A DNA stretch of 55,438 nucleotides from a virus (IMGVR_UViG_3300025658_000218:1-55438); one strand, 5' to 3'; shown: positions 33,880 to 44,633, counted from the first letter of the stretch. The notes: generated by a model not told the origin, from the sequence alone. Made by a program: numbers and translations.

Positions 33880-34484
33880 AATTTACCAAATGCCCATTTA
33901 CGTTCTACACACCACCAACACTTTCCGCAATGATTAGCACCCACATCGTCGTCTGTCTCGCAACTACGAGTAATTGGATAAAGAGTTTCTAATAAATCTA
34001 ATTTTTTATAATAATTATAAATTTCTTTTTTATTAACATTAATCCAAGGCAAAATAAACTTACTATTATCAGGCATAATATCTTTTTTAACTTTAGGGTC
34101 ACGAAGTTGCAAATCACGATCTGACTGTTCGTTAGGAAAATTAATCAAATCTTCTGTAGGAGGATTAGCAGTTAAACCGTGAAAAACTTTATAAACAAGT
34201 TGTCGATCAAAATATAATTTCGGAATATCATAAAAGTCATTGTCAGATTGTAAAGAACGGTGAAATATATGATGTTCTATATTATTGTTATTTGTTAATT
34301 CTGCACAACGATGTACAACATCTAATGCAGCTTTAGCATTATAATAGTGCCGTTGGCTGTTTGCTATTGTAAAAATTTGTATAGTCGAATTATAAGATTG
34401 TAATAATAGATATAACAGTAATGCACTATCAGCGCCACCGCTTACTAATACTCCGATAGGTTTGTCTATTACTGGTATATTCAT
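33873..34484 (-). CDS. QueC-like PP-loop ATPase
   Basis: VSGGADS PP-loop; TRSCE...HCGKCWWC.ER..AF Zn-binding motif. Confidence 0.75.
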   Translation of the reverse strand: MNIPVIDKPIGVLVSGGADSALLLYLLLQSYNSTIQIFTIANSQRHYYNAKAALDVVHRCAELTNNNNIEHHIFHRSLQSDNDFYDIPKLYFDRQLVYKVFHGLTANPPTEDLINFPNEQSDRDLQLRDPKVKKDIMPDNSKFILPWINVNKKEIYNYYKKLDLLETLYPITRSCETDDDVGANHCGKCWWCVERKWAFGKLC

Positions 34485-35596
34485 TATATCTTCCTTTTAG
34501 GAATCTTAGAATCGGCACTGCTTACGCAACTTTTTGTGATACAAGTTTGTGGCTCTTTAAACAAGGTAAAACCTGTCTCGATGTTACCCAGTGGTGCATC
34601 GTGACATGAATAACTCCTTTTGACACTACCGTCAGGCTCCCGTATTATTATTCCGCTGTAACCGGCATTGCAGCGCCATCCTTCAAAATTGTTGAAATTA
34701 AAGGCATTAAAGCGTTCTGCTTGATCCATATAGTACTTTTTATCGCTAGAGTCTTTTAACTCTACTTGCATGTGCCATGGAACACTTTTGTCGTTTGACC
34801 CATGTGTCTCTGGCGGCAGTTCGAAACTTGGCCGTGGACGATCGTTCCATTGTCGCTTCGACTCAGTATATGCCATTTGCGGCATTCCGTTATACAATCG
34901 TTGTAACATTTCATCCGTGTAACCATCCACGACTCGTGAAGCCGTTGGGTCGCTTTGTGGCTTGAGTGTAACGTTGATGCCCTGTTCGTGGAAGAACAGT
35001 GCGTTGTTCCAGTCTTTTTCAAACCATTCCGGAACCATGACCATATTGATTGTAACTTGTACATCGTGTTCTTGACACAGTATTAACTTATCTGCAAAGT
35101 CCTGCATCTTCTCCGTTGTATTTAAGTGTTCTGTATGTAAACTAGCTGTAATGCTTGCTCTATGAAATGGTTTTACTTTTTCAACATAGTCCTCAAACCA
35201 TCGCATATTACGACTACAATTTGATGTCATATGAACGCTAGTATAATTAGTGTTACTAACATCATCAGCAAGATGTTTGAGAATGTCCAAGTAACCAGGG
35301 TGAAAAGTAGGCTCGCCGCCAGATAAACTAAAATGAAAGCTATTAAAACCGTTGCCACGTGCTTGCCTTTTTATTTCGTCGATTGTTTTGAAACATAGAT
35401 CAGTCGGTCTATGATCTTTTCTATCCGATCTTGCATAAGGCCAGCAGTAAGAACATTTGTAATTACAGAACCTACCAAGCAACCAGCTAACAGTAAATAG
35501 ATCACGATACAATAAAGTGCGTTGCCCAACTGAGATAATGTCCTCGAAAGGAATTTTTGAAAAGTCATAGTTGCTCCATTTTAGATCTTCAGTCAT
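34484..35596 (-). CDS. radical SAM protein with C-terminal SPASM/twitch-like Cys cluster
   Basis: CNYKCSYC, SGGEPT, TSN; C-terminal CNAG...DGSVKRSYSC...C...SC. Confidence 0.9.
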   Translation of the reverse strand: MTEDLKWSNYDFSKIPFEDIISVGQRTLLYRDLFTVSWLLGRFCNYKCSYCWPYARSDRKDHRPTDLCFKTIDEIKRQARGNGFNSFHFSLSGGEPTFHPGYLDILKHLADDVSNTNYTSVHMTSNCSRNMRWFEDYVEKVKPFHRASITASLHTEHLNTTEKMQDFADKLILCQEHDVQVTINMVMVPEWFEKDWNNALFFHEQGINVTLKPQSDPTASRVVDGYTDEMLQRLYNGMPQMAYTESKRQWNDRPRPSFELPPETHGSNDKSVPWHMQVELKDSSDKKYYMDQAERFNAFNFNNFEGWRCNAGYSGIIIREPDGSVKRSYSCHDAPLGNIETGFTLFKEPQTCITKSCVSSADSKIPKRKI

Positions 35597-36237
35597 CTCT
35601 TATTATACAACCCTTTGATTATTTTGTCAAGACGGATGGATACCCATTGTGCTTCTAAGTTAGCTCCTGCAGGTCCAAAATGATAGCCATCGTCTACCAC
35701 AAACTCATCAAAATCAATCACATCTTTTATTTGTGGTAAATCATATAGATGTTTGTGGCGGTGGCAAAATACAAAATCAGCTTTATGCTTAAAGTATTTT
35801 GCTAATGCTTGACATTGAACTGTAGCATAGTCGTCATTATAATTTTCAAACATAGTTCTGTACATACGCATTGTATTCCTTGCTTTCCAAGGACCTCGTA
35901 CATGTTCTTTATTATGTCCACCTGCATTAAATGTTAATATTTCTGGACTATGTGCTAAACATTTATAGTTATCTGTTTTATTCTCTAGTTTTATTTCAAA
36001 AGTTTCATCTATAAATGTATGTCTTATTTGACTTGTCATCTTTACAATATTAATATCATAATTTTTACGGTTTTTTTCAAACAGATATAAAATAGCTTGC
36101 ATACTTAATCCACCAGTTGAATAATTATCAACTTGGATATTTTTATTCATTCTTGCCAGATAATCTGGCCAACATTCGTAGTTTGTTTCAAATGTTCCTG
36201 CTGTCCAACTACATCCGTATGTTCCAATTTTAAGCAT
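35593..36237 (-). CDS. SGNH/GDSL-like hydrolase or acyltransferase
   Basis: GCSWTAG, WPDYLA, N...GG.S, D.YH.G..G. Confidence 0.6.
   Translation of the reverse strand: MLKIGTYGCSWTAGTFETNYECWPDYLARMNKNIQVDNYSTGGLSMQAILYLFEKNRKNYDINIVKMTSQIRHTFIDETFEIKLENKTDNYKCLAHSPEILTFNAGGHNKEHVRGPWKARNTMRMYRTMFENYNDDYATVQCQALAKYFKHKADFVFCHRHKHLYDLPQIKDVIDFDEFVVDDGYHFGPAGANLEAQWVSIRLDKIIKGLYNKR
35602..35630 (-). promoter_or_regulatory. consensus sigma70 promoter, probable leaderless transcript
   Basis: Minus strand TTGACA-17 bp-TATAAT, then 5 nt to the ATG at 35596. Confidence 0.72.
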
Positions 36238-37321
36238 TAGTTAACTTCTCTAGATGTTTATATAAATCAGGTATATACTTTTTAACATCTATTTTTTGCA
36301 TCTTATCAGTTTCATTAATAAATGTAACAAGACGGAGAGATTTTGAATAATCATTTTCTACATCTTGTAAATATTTTTCATTTGATTTATTTTTTATTTT
36401 TTTAATATATTCATTAGGCAATGCTTCTAAAGAAAGTTGTGACGGAGTATTAATTAAAGTAAAAGAGACTCTTATACCAAGTGAGTTGGCAAAGTCTTTT
36501 AACTTATCTATATCATGCACAGTAAAGACATTTATTGTTGATGCAATATATAAATCAATATTTTTATTTTTATCTGCAAAATCTTTCCATTTTTTTAGAT
36601 TTGTAGATATAATATTCCAATCAGATCCTACTCTAGAATACTCACATGATTTTTCAAACCCATCAATACTTAAACCTATTTTAAATTTTTTAAACTTTTT
36701 TATTTGGCTTAACCATTTTTTTGGAAATAAAGTGCAGTTACTATTAATAAGAATACTTACATTATGCATAACATTTTTATGTTCTAAAAAATCAAACAAA
36801 TCTTTTATTTCTTTCGTAATAAAAGGTTCGCCGCCTAGATATTTTATATGTGTTAAGTTTTTTATATCCAAATCACCTAACAAGTTTTCTAGGTCCAAAG
36901 TAACATTTCTTCTATATTTGCCAAAGTATTCTTGTAAGTATTCACTTTTACTACGTAAGTCCTCCCATTTACTACTAGATACAGGATGACACATTTTACA
37001 AACTAGATTACATTGTTTACTTAAACTAATTTCTAAATACTGTATTCCTTCCCCTTGATATATATTATTACTGTGTTGCCTGTAACTTGTTATATTTTTG
37101 TCTTCTTCTATTTTACAAGCTATACATCCTGCACTCCATCCAGTTTTCATGTCTTCAATAATGCTTTGATAATATGGGCTATTCTTATATTCATCAAAAG
37201 AGATTTCATCTACATAGTAATTTTTATCACTTACTTTTTTTTGTTTAAATCTACAACAAGGCACATACTCGCCGGGCAAAGTTATAGCCATATGATTTTT
37301 TAAAAGAGAACAATATGGCAT
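36230..37321 (-). CDS. radical SAM protein with N-terminal twitch-like domain
   Basis: C...G...PCC...CIAC..EE, CNLVCKMC, GGEPF, SIDG. Confidence 0.88.
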   Translation of the reverse strand: MPYCSLLKNHMAITLPGEYVPCCRFKQKKVSDKNYYVDEISFDEYKNSPYYQSIIEDMKTGWSAGCIACKIEEDKNITSYRQHSNNIYQGEGIQYLEISLSKQCNLVCKMCHPVSSSKWEDLRSKSEYLQEYFGKYRRNVTLDLENLLGDLDIKNLTHIKYLGGEPFITKEIKDLFDFLEHKNVMHNVSILINSNCTLFPKKWLSQIKKFKKFKIGLSIDGFEKSCEYSRVGSDWNIISTNLKKWKDFADKNKNIDLYIASTINVFTVHDIDKLKDFANSLGIRVSFTLINTPSQLSLEALPNEYIKKIKNKSNEKYLQDVENDYSKSLRLVTFINETDKMQKIDVKKYIPDLYKHLEKLTNA

Positions 37322-38472
37322 TAAGCAAACTCCGGTATTAATTCAGACAAGTTTTCATCTCTACTAGCGTCTAGTGCAGCAGTATACGACAAAAACTTAT
37401 CGTACTTAGCATTCCAGTCCTCAGCATACATATAATCAATAATACCTTGCACTTTATCTAAATGCAAGTAAGGTTGTAACTGCGCTGATGCTTGATCTTT
37501 CAGATGAGCAGGCAATACTCTGATGTTTAGTTCTTCTGGATGATTGAGAATGTTAAAGTATATTCTATGTCCGTACGGAGCAGCCCAGTCTATTAGCTCA
37601 GGCAATCTTAGTATATTATACATTTGAACTGTACAATGTATTTCAATACCTGCATTTGTTAATTGTCTAATAGCTTCAAAATTCTTTACAATTTTAGACC
37701 ATTTACTCGGATGTCGAATATATGTATCTAATGCGCCTGTTGCATCTATTGAACAATTAAGTTGTACTCTTTTAAAATGCCCCCAGCGTTCGAGTAACCA
37801 TTCTGGTAACAAAACTAAGTTAGTATTATACTTTAAACGTATATCTTTTGCAGTATTGTTATCAATAAAATAATCTAATAATTTTTGTTGTTCTTTAATA
37901 ACCGTCGGTTCGCCACCAGTTAAATATATTTCGTCAACAGTATGTGCAATACTGAATAAGTTTTCCCAAGTCTTTTTATCTTCAGGCCAATTCATTTTAC
38001 TAAGACGTTCATACTCTGCAGGGTCTAGTGCGTTATCTACAAGGTGCCATTCCTTTACCCACATGTTACTTGCATAAGGATTGCACATACGACATTTTAA
38101 ATTACACGAATTACCTAGTCGTAAATCAACATACCTTATATCAAAAGGTGCGTCCTCTGTGTACTCTTTATCTTCTTGCCACTTTGAATTCCAACTTTGC
38201 CTAGCACTTTTAATGCCAACATCTTCTTCTCTAAAACATCTAACACACATGTCAGGTCTTTCGTCACTGAGCATCTGTTTCCTAATAGTTGAATATACAT
38301 TACTATTCCATGCTTCTTCAAGATTGTCTCTATTAAGTTTATACGGTTTTCCGTCTTCTTTAGTAACAAAGTTCTTACCAGGTGTACTGTTACAGCATAC
38401 ACGTAGATTGCCACTTGCATTTGTTGCTAGGTGCATCCAAGGTAAGACACAAAATGTTTTAGACTCCGGCAT
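37321..38472 (-). CDS. radical SAM protein with N-terminal twitch-like domain
   Basis: FCVLPW...G..RVCC...CVRC..EE, CNLKCRMC, TGGEPT, YNTN, SIDA. Confidence 0.9.
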   Translation of the reverse strand: MPESKTFCVLPWMHLATNASGNLRVCCNSTPGKNFVTKEDGKPYKLNRDNLEEAWNSNVYSTIRKQMLSDERPDMCVRCFREEDVGIKSARQSWNSKWQEDKEYTEDAPFDIRYVDLRLGNSCNLKCRMCNPYASNMWVKEWHLVDNALDPAEYERLSKMNWPEDKKTWENLFSIAHTVDEIYLTGGEPTVIKEQQKLLDYFIDNNTAKDIRLKYNTNLVLLPEWLLERWGHFKRVQLNCSIDATGALDTYIRHPSKWSKIVKNFEAIRQLTNAGIEIHCTVQMYNILRLPELIDWAAPYGHRIYFNILNHPEELNIRVLPAHLKDQASAQLQPYLHLDKVQGIIDYMYAEDWNAKYDKFLSYTAALDASRDENLSELIPEFA

Positions 38473-39496
38473 AATATTTATTTCCTATATTATTTACTAG
38501 ATGTGGCAAAGTAGACTGTAAACTTTGAGATCTAAACTGGTCTATTTTAGCACTATACTCAATAAATTGTTTATACAATGTACTATCACAAGGTTTTTTG
38601 AAAAAATCAATAAGTCCTATAGGAATATTGTGTATATTTTGTAGTTCTTCTATGATAGGTTTTTTATTTTCGTCTGGCATAACATGACATTGAAGATACG
38701 CTGGATTTTGTAAAACAATCCAGTTTATATTGCCAAGCTTTAAACTATCAAACTCAAGCATATCATTGATAGTATAGTTTTGAACTACATAGTTAAATCT
38801 TACTTTACCTATTATTGATTTTATTTTATTAATATTTTCTATGCAAGCATCATAAGAGAATGTGTTGTCACCTCTAACATATTCATATGTGTTTTTTACA
38901 CCGTCAATACTAATAGCAAAGTCTATGTTAAGATTTGGTAATAAATTTACAAACCAATCTGGGAGTAGCGTACCATTAGTTATAAGCTTTATCTCTGCAT
39001 TATACTCGATACACTTTTGAAATATATATTCAGCATTAGGATTCATTAAAGGTTCGCCACCTTTTAGTTCAATGGTTAAATTTTTAGATTTGTCTACTCT
39101 ATCAAACGCTGCATTTATTTGTTTTTTTGATAATGAAAATCCTTTCGGAACAGGCATGCCTAACTTTCTTGCTTCTGTAAACCAACTTGTACTATTATCA
39201 GCACTACACATTCTGCATTTTAGATTACAGTAGTTTCCTAAAGCAATATCTAACAAATAGTTATTATCAGAATAAAGTTCATTGTATTGTTGTCTTTTAC
39301 TATGCATTCCGTTGTCTTCTTGACGTTTGCAGTTATAACAACCAGTTGGCCATTTATCTTTTCTTAGAATATCAAATGTAATATTGTGTAAGTTATCTAC
39401 ATGTCCAAAATTATGAGATACGTACTTGCAACAGGGCTTAATAACACCGTCTGTTTCAATAAAAATTGCATTATCGATCGCTGCACAGTCAACCAT
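38459..39496 (-). CDS. radical SAM protein with N-terminal twitch-like domain
   Basis: C...DG..KPCC...CYNC, CNLKCRMC, GGEPL, TNGT, SIDG. Confidence 0.88.
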   Translation of the reverse strand: MVDCAAIDNAIFIETDGVIKPCCKYVSHNFGHVDNLHNITFDILRKDKWPTGCYNCKRQEDNGMHSKRQQYNELYSDNNYLLDIALGNYCNLKCRMCSADNSTSWFTEARKLGMPVPKGFSLSKKQINAAFDRVDKSKNLTIELKGGEPLMNPNAEYIFQKCIEYNAEIKLITNGTLLPDWFVNLLPNLNIDFAISIDGVKNTYEYVRGDNTFSYDACIENINKIKSIIGKVRFNYVVQNYTINDMLEFDSLKLGNINWIVLQNPAYLQCHVMPDENKKPIIEELQNIHNIPIGLIDFFKKPCDSTLYKQFIEYSAKIDQFRSQSLQSTLPHLVNNIGNKYYAGV

Positions 39497-40670
39497 AATA
39501 TTTTGCTATTTCTGTCAAATCAAAATTTTGTTGTTTATATGTATCTTTTATTTTGCTCACTTCTATCATGCGTTTGCTCTTTTCGTTATCATGCTTGTTT
39601 CGGATTATAGCATTTTTACAGTCACGCAAAAAAGTTTTTTCCGTTTGGTTTTGAGGTGTAATATTTTCGATAATATCTTTTGCGTGTTGTTTTAATTTTT
39701 CAGGAGCATAGCTAACATCAAGGTAGTCTGGTGTATCTAATATGATAGCCGAAAGGTTAACATTGTATTTTCTTGCTAATTCTATCATATTTTTAGTTTC
39801 AAGTATATTATAAATTTGATATGTAAATGCAATAAATGAAGAGAATTTGTTATCATTATTACTTTTTAACAAATTTAGTTTATCAAGTATTACGTGCCAT
39901 TTAGCCGGATGTCTAATATATTCAAAGATATCCTCAGTTCCGTCTATACTAAAAATGATTGAAATATCGGAAAAATGAGAAAATAAGTCAATCCAAGATT
40001 GATTTAATAATGTTCCGTTTGTAATTAAAACAAGTTCAATATCTTTAGCTTTATTTTTTTCAATACAATAATCTAAAAGTTTCTTAACAGACGGAACCAT
40101 CAAAGGTTCGCCGCCTGTAAATTTTAAATGCCTTAATCCGTTATCAATCATTGATTTTATAGTATTCACAAACTGCGGATCGTTATACCATTTAGATTGT
40201 TTGTTATATTTTTCATAATCGTTAATGCCTAAATCAATACCGGTATCTTTTAAAATACGCTGAAATTCTGTTGCATATGAACTACTACTATAACTACTGC
40301 ACATTCTACAAGAAAGATTACAATAATTTCCTAACTTCAAATCAAGGTGTATAGGATAGTTAGGCACATAGTTTAAATTACTTGTAAATTTTTCCCACTC
40401 GCCTCCTCTAGATTGTAATGCTGCTGTCATTCCTTGCCGTAGGCTTTTAATGCCTGCGTCTTCCTTTTTCCAACAACTCACACAAGCGTCAGGACGTTCG
40501 CCTTTGATCATTTGATCTCTTACGTCTTGTACTTCTTTGCTTGTCCAATAGTCTTCAAAGCCATCAAGGAATTTAGTTTTACTAGTTACAGCATTACAAC
40601 AAAGCCTATTACGACCATTAGTGTTTATACAATGATGTTCCCAAGGTGCAGGGCACAAGGTATCAGACAT
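39489..40670 (-). CDS. radical SAM protein with N-terminal twitch-like domain
   Basis: CPAPW...G..RLCC...CVSC..KE, CNLSCRMC, TGGEPL, TNGT, SIDG. Confidence 0.9.
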   Translation of the reverse strand: MSDTLCPAPWEHHCINTNGRNRLCCNAVTSKTKFLDGFEDYWTSKEVQDVRDQMIKGERPDACVSCWKKEDAGIKSLRQGMTAALQSRGGEWEKFTSNLNYVPNYPIHLDLKLGNYCNLSCRMCSSYSSSSYATEFQRILKDTGIDLGINDYEKYNKQSKWYNDPQFVNTIKSMIDNGLRHLKFTGGEPLMVPSVKKLLDYCIEKNKAKDIELVLITNGTLLNQSWIDLFSHFSDISIIFSIDGTEDIFEYIRHPAKWHVILDKLNLLKSNNDNKFSSFIAFTYQIYNILETKNMIELARKYNVNLSAIILDTPDYLDVSYAPEKLKQHAKDIIENITPQNQTEKTFLRDCKNAIIRNKHDNEKSKRMIEVSKIKDTYKQQNFDLTEIAKYYG

Positions 40671-40693
40671 TTATCTGCTCTCCAACTGTTTCA

Positions 40694-41572
40694 TTATATT
40701 TCTCTCAAGAAAGTTAGCAATACTCCCATTTTAGTTACCCAATGACGATTATCTTTACGTCCTTTGTTTGTTGCATGTAGTTGTACAGCATCAAAAGCAA
40801 TAGGAGCACGTGGCTTCCATTCGCAAGTAAGTTCTGGTGACAACCCTGTTAATCTACGATGCGGAGTATAATACAAATACTCATCGTAGTGATCAGTATC
40901 ATACTTTATCAAGTTCTTAGATCTATCTTGTACACTACCGTCTAATAAATGAAAATTAATATTACTATAGTTATCGACTATAGGATAGGTAGTAGCAACA
41001 ATCTGCTCAGGCTTCTTACCGTGGTGATATACATGTGCATAATCTACATGGCGTTGAGAAAAAGCAACCATATGACTTTCGATATTGCTAGGTGCAGTAA
41101 ATAATGGAATAATTATATTACGCCATGGCACATATTTACGTCTTTCACTGTTATAGGGAGTTTTATCTAAAGTATTTCGCCAGTCTGTTTCTCGTGTGCT
41201 GTCATTATGCAATCCGTACTGACTAGGTGTAATAAAAAAGTTTCCACCGACTACCGGAGAATTTTCTGCGCCAGGAATCATTTGATTTATTCTATCTGCA
41301 AACTTTTCGTACACGCCTTGTATATTGCCACTAACAAACATTGTACCGTTCTCATTATGCCGCACTTTATCACATCGACTAAACGCATAGCCGTACATCC
41401 AAGAAATTTCTTCTTCAGTAAATGCTTCTTCAAACACTTCTGCTTTTTGAAAGTTTTCTGAAATATTTTGCTGAACCTTGGGATCTTTTAGATCACACAT
41501 GTGATGCTCATACTCTAATTTATATTTTTTATGATTTGCAATATCATCTGCTGTATTAATCTTTGCTTTCAT
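40694..41572 (-). CDS. putative Fe(II)/2OG oxygenase-like protein
   Basis: GLHND, NIIIPL, FDAVQLHAT...K. Confidence 0.45.
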   Translation of the reverse strand: MKAKINTADDIANHKKYKLEYEHHMCDLKDPKVQQNISENFQKAEVFEEAFTEEEISWMYGYAFSRCDKVRHNENGTMFVSGNIQGVYEKFADRINQMIPGAENSPVVGGNFFITPSQYGLHNDSTRETDWRNTLDKTPYNSERRKYVPWRNIIIPLFTAPSNIESHMVAFSQRHVDYAHVYHHGKKPEQIVATTYPIVDNYSNINFHLLDGSVQDRSKNLIKYDTDHYDEYLYYTPHRRLTGLSPELTCEWKPRAPIAFDAVQLHATNKGRKDNRHWVTKMGVLLTFLREI

Positions 41573-42971
41573 TAAATATACCTTTCATTTCAGGAAACGT
41601 TTCTTCAAAAGTAATTCCACGTTGCTTATCACACAACCCTAAGAACTCTTTCATTTCAGGTAAGCGTTGGCTCCAATCTTCACTTTCCATAAAACTAAGA
41701 ATACCATTTAGTCTTTTAATACCATATTCAGCACTGCGCCATTGATCATAATCAACTTTGCCTTTGTGCCAACTAGGTATACCTAACTCCCAGTTTTCTT
41801 CCCACCAAGGATACCATGCTTCGTATTTCTCTCTACACTTTGCTTTAAAGTCTGTAGGCAAGCTCTTTACATTTAAATGTGCTGGCCAGTATACAAAGTG
41901 TTGACTAATACCACCTGCGCCAAAGGGCCACATATTAACTTTCTTAAACTTTTGTTCTAGTTTCCATTGAATAAAGTCTGGTAAGTAATAAACGTTAAGT
42001 GCTTGCACTGCACATGCAATAGTAACTTCAACATTGTTACTAGTCTGAGTATCTAACAAATGAAATACTTCTTCTTGTCTACTCCACTTACTTGGATAAC
42101 GAATATAGTCATTCATTTCTTTAATACTGTCTATACTGTAATGGAAGCGTACTAGTTTGAATTCTTTCCATAGGTCAAACAAATCATCTCGCCATTCAAC
42201 TCCGTTTGAGTTGTATCGTAACTCAAGATCTTTTGCATAGCCCATCTTAATCGCATGTTCAAGTATTTCATAGTGTTCTTCGATAATAAGACTCTCACCG
42301 CCTGCAAAATAAATCTGTTGCATACTTGGCATTTGCTCATAAAACTGTTTCCAAAACGTAGGATTTTGTTTGTGCCAGTTATAGCTACTGCCGTTAGTGC
42401 TGCCCTTGTCTTGCCATTGCATAATTTCTTTAAGTGATTCGTTTTTTACTTCAGGAAAAATCTTTTTATAATCTTTAATCCAGCCACTACTATCGTGCGG
42501 ACTACACATAATACAAGCAAGCTGACACTTAGTACCAAAACGTAAATCAATATATGCTAAATTAGGAGGAACTTCTCCATCTGGCTGAGTGTCTGCAAGA
42601 ATTTTTTCTAAATCAACACGATCGCTCCAATATTTTGTTTCCCACATACGCTTACTGCGATGTCCTGCTGCTTCTTCTTTATAGCACTTAAGACAACTAG
42701 GTGGCTTTTCGCCCGCAAGCATCTGCTTGCGTACATTCTTCATGTACTTACTGTTCCACGCTGTTTCAAAGTCACTAACATTTAAGTTATTAGGTTTGCC
42801 GTCATCTGTTTTAAGAATACCGACTTGGCCGCCGTGTTCTTTATCGTTAGTTGCACCGACACTACTTGCATTTGCTGTACAGCATACTCTCATACTACCG
42901 TCTGGCCTAGTGCTTAGGTGTACCCAGGGCAATAAACAAAATGTATCTGAAGGATATTTTTTATCTGTCAT
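41556..42971 (-). CDS. radical SAM protein with N-terminal twitch-like domain
   Basis: FCLLPW...DG..RVCC...CLKC..EE, CQLACIMC, AGGES, YNSNG, SIDS. Confidence 0.9.
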   Translation of the reverse strand: MTDKKYPSDTFCLLPWVHLSTRPDGSMRVCCTANASSVGATNDKEHGGQVGILKTDDGKPNNLNVSDFETAWNSKYMKNVRKQMLAGEKPPSCLKCYKEEAAGHRSKRMWETKYWSDRVDLEKILADTQPDGEVPPNLAYIDLRFGTKCQLACIMCSPHDSSGWIKDYKKIFPEVKNESLKEIMQWQDKGSTNGSSYNWHKQNPTFWKQFYEQMPSMQQIYFAGGESLIIEEHYEILEHAIKMGYAKDLELRYNSNGVEWRDDLFDLWKEFKLVRFHYSIDSIKEMNDYIRYPSKWSRQEEVFHLLDTQTSNNVEVTIACAVQALNVYYLPDFIQWKLEQKFKKVNMWPFGAGGISQHFVYWPAHLNVKSLPTDFKAKCREKYEAWYPWWEENWELGIPSWHKGKVDYDQWRSAEYGIKRLNGILSFMESEDWSQRLPEMKEFLGLCDKQRGITFEETFPEMKGIFNESKD

Positions 42972-42978
42972 GCTGTAC

Positions 42979-43905
42979 TTATTGCTTGGTTAGTTTAAAG
43001 TTTGAATCTTTGGATTGCTCAGTTAGTAAAAATGCTATAAAATTATTCACTAACAACGTTTCGTTACCAAAGTCGTTATATACAGTTGCATACTGTGCTA
43101 TTGTTGTTGTAAAGTTGTTAGAATTTATTATTTCATCAATAATGCTTACATAACTAGTAGATTCTAAGTAATCATAAAAGTTACGGGCATCTTCCCAAGG
43201 CCAATCAGTGTTTCCATTTTTATCATAACCTGACCAAAAAGGTCGAGGAACAGATGGATATAAAGAAGGTACTAACTGGTTGCCATACTTTTGTATACTA
43301 GCAGCTATAGTATCTGTTCCTAGTATCTCAATAATATCATTATCAGTCTTAATATGTTTTATTATTTGAGCATTTAATTTAATAAAGTTAAGAGTATGTG
43401 TGTCAGTATTTAATGCACTAATAAATCCCCTTAGAGGCAATCCTAGATACCTTCTAGCAAAGTTTAAATGATTGCCGGGATGTGATGCTATAGTAAGATC
43501 TTTATGAACTCGCCAACACGGATAATTAAAGGCACCGTATTGATATATTTCTTTTATTAGTATACAAAATTGGCCGAATTCTTTAGCTTTAAATACCGGA
43601 TCGTGTCTAATTTTAAAAAAGTTAAAGTTAAATTCGGTAAGAACATTATCTATTTTTTGACAAGACTTTTTAAATTTAGAAAAGTTATCATTATATTTAA
43701 AGTTGCTTTGATACGTTAAGTATTTACGATGCTCTAGTTCTTGAAAATACCCCATCGGGATCATTGCCGGTATAATTGATTTATTAAAATCTACAAAGTA
43801 ATATTGATGAGTGTTTATGAATCTGTGCCAGTGTTTTATTCCGTATAACTTATTAGACTCGTTGTTATCGAGGCCAAGTACAGCACCTTGTTCCCAAATA
43901 TTCAT
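42979..43905 (-). CDS. hypothetical protein
   Basis: 308 aa, AT-rich, no motif recognised beyond HPG.H...A. Confidence 0.65.
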   Translation of the reverse strand: MNIWEQGAVLGLDNNESNKLYGIKHWHRFINTHQYYFVDFNKSIIPAMIPMGYFQELEHRKYLTYQSNFKYNDNFSKFKKSCQKIDNVLTEFNFNFFKIRHDPVFKAKEFGQFCILIKEIYQYGAFNYPCWRVHKDLTIASHPGNHLNFARRYLGLPLRGFISALNTDTHTLNFIKLNAQIIKHIKTDNDIIEILGTDTIAASIQKYGNQLVPSLYPSVPRPFWSGYDKNGNTDWPWEDARNFYDYLESTSYVSIIDEIINSNNFTTTIAQYATVYNDFGNETLLVNNFIAFLLTEQSKDSNFKLTKQ

Positions 43906-44633
43906 TACTTTATTCGACCTTTAAAAGTGTTAATACTTTGTTCTACATAATCTAGTTGCCACGGTGCATCTAACTCTTGAAAAACATTTTGTATGTAGGG
44001 AACTATCTTTTTTCCTAGCCATTCAAACGGTAAGTTGTTATCATGATTAAACAATACATTTCTCCGCATTACCCAGAAGTTACCGTTACAATAATATATA
44101 TTACCAGCACTGTTCTTATCGTTAACTTTTGTATCGCTGCGAATTAAGTCTTGAGGTATCCAGGTAGCTAGTAACCCGTCAACGATCTTATGTGCTCTAA
44201 ATGGATTATACATATTCATTTCACTTACGCTTACTACACTATCATTGTTGCCCAGCATCTCAATTGCTTCATCTAATGCAGAAGAATCAATTCCAGTAAC
44301 ATTTCCCAATAACAAAACTACAATATCTTGCTTACCTAGGTCTTTTTCAATTTCATTTACACCGTGTCGGATAGCTTCTAAATGACTACAGTTATCTAAG
44401 CACAGTTCGGGTGGTCTTTTAATAACATTAAAATTATAATGTTTACTAAAATCCATTATAGTAGTGTCATCTGTACTACAATATACATGCTGTATTATAT
44501 TACTACTAGTCGCTGCATTAATACTATGTGCAAACAACGGATGACCGTCTATTTCTAATAAATTTTTCTTAGGAATGCTTTTACTACCTGCTCTCGCAGT
44601 CTGTAAAGCAACTACTTTCATATCAGTGGGCAT
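43905..44633 (-). CDS. acylneuraminate/CMP-sugar cytidylyltransferase (NeuA/KdsB family)
   Basis: ARAGSKSIPKKNL..IDGHPL, STDD, RP.EL..D, NG.F, ELD...QL. Confidence 0.85.
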   Translation of the reverse strand: MPTDMKVVALQTARAGSKSIPKKNLLEIDGHPLFAHSINAATSSNIIQHVYCSTDDTTIMDFSKHYNFNVIKRPPELCLDNCSHLEAIRHGVNEIEKDLGKQDIVVLLLGNVTGIDSSALDEAIEMLGNNDSVVSVSEMNMYNPFRAHKIVDGLLATWIPQDLIRSDTKVNDKNSAGNIYYCNGNFWVMRRNVLFNHDNNLPFEWLGKKIVPYIQNVFQELDAPWQLDYVEQSINTFKGRIK

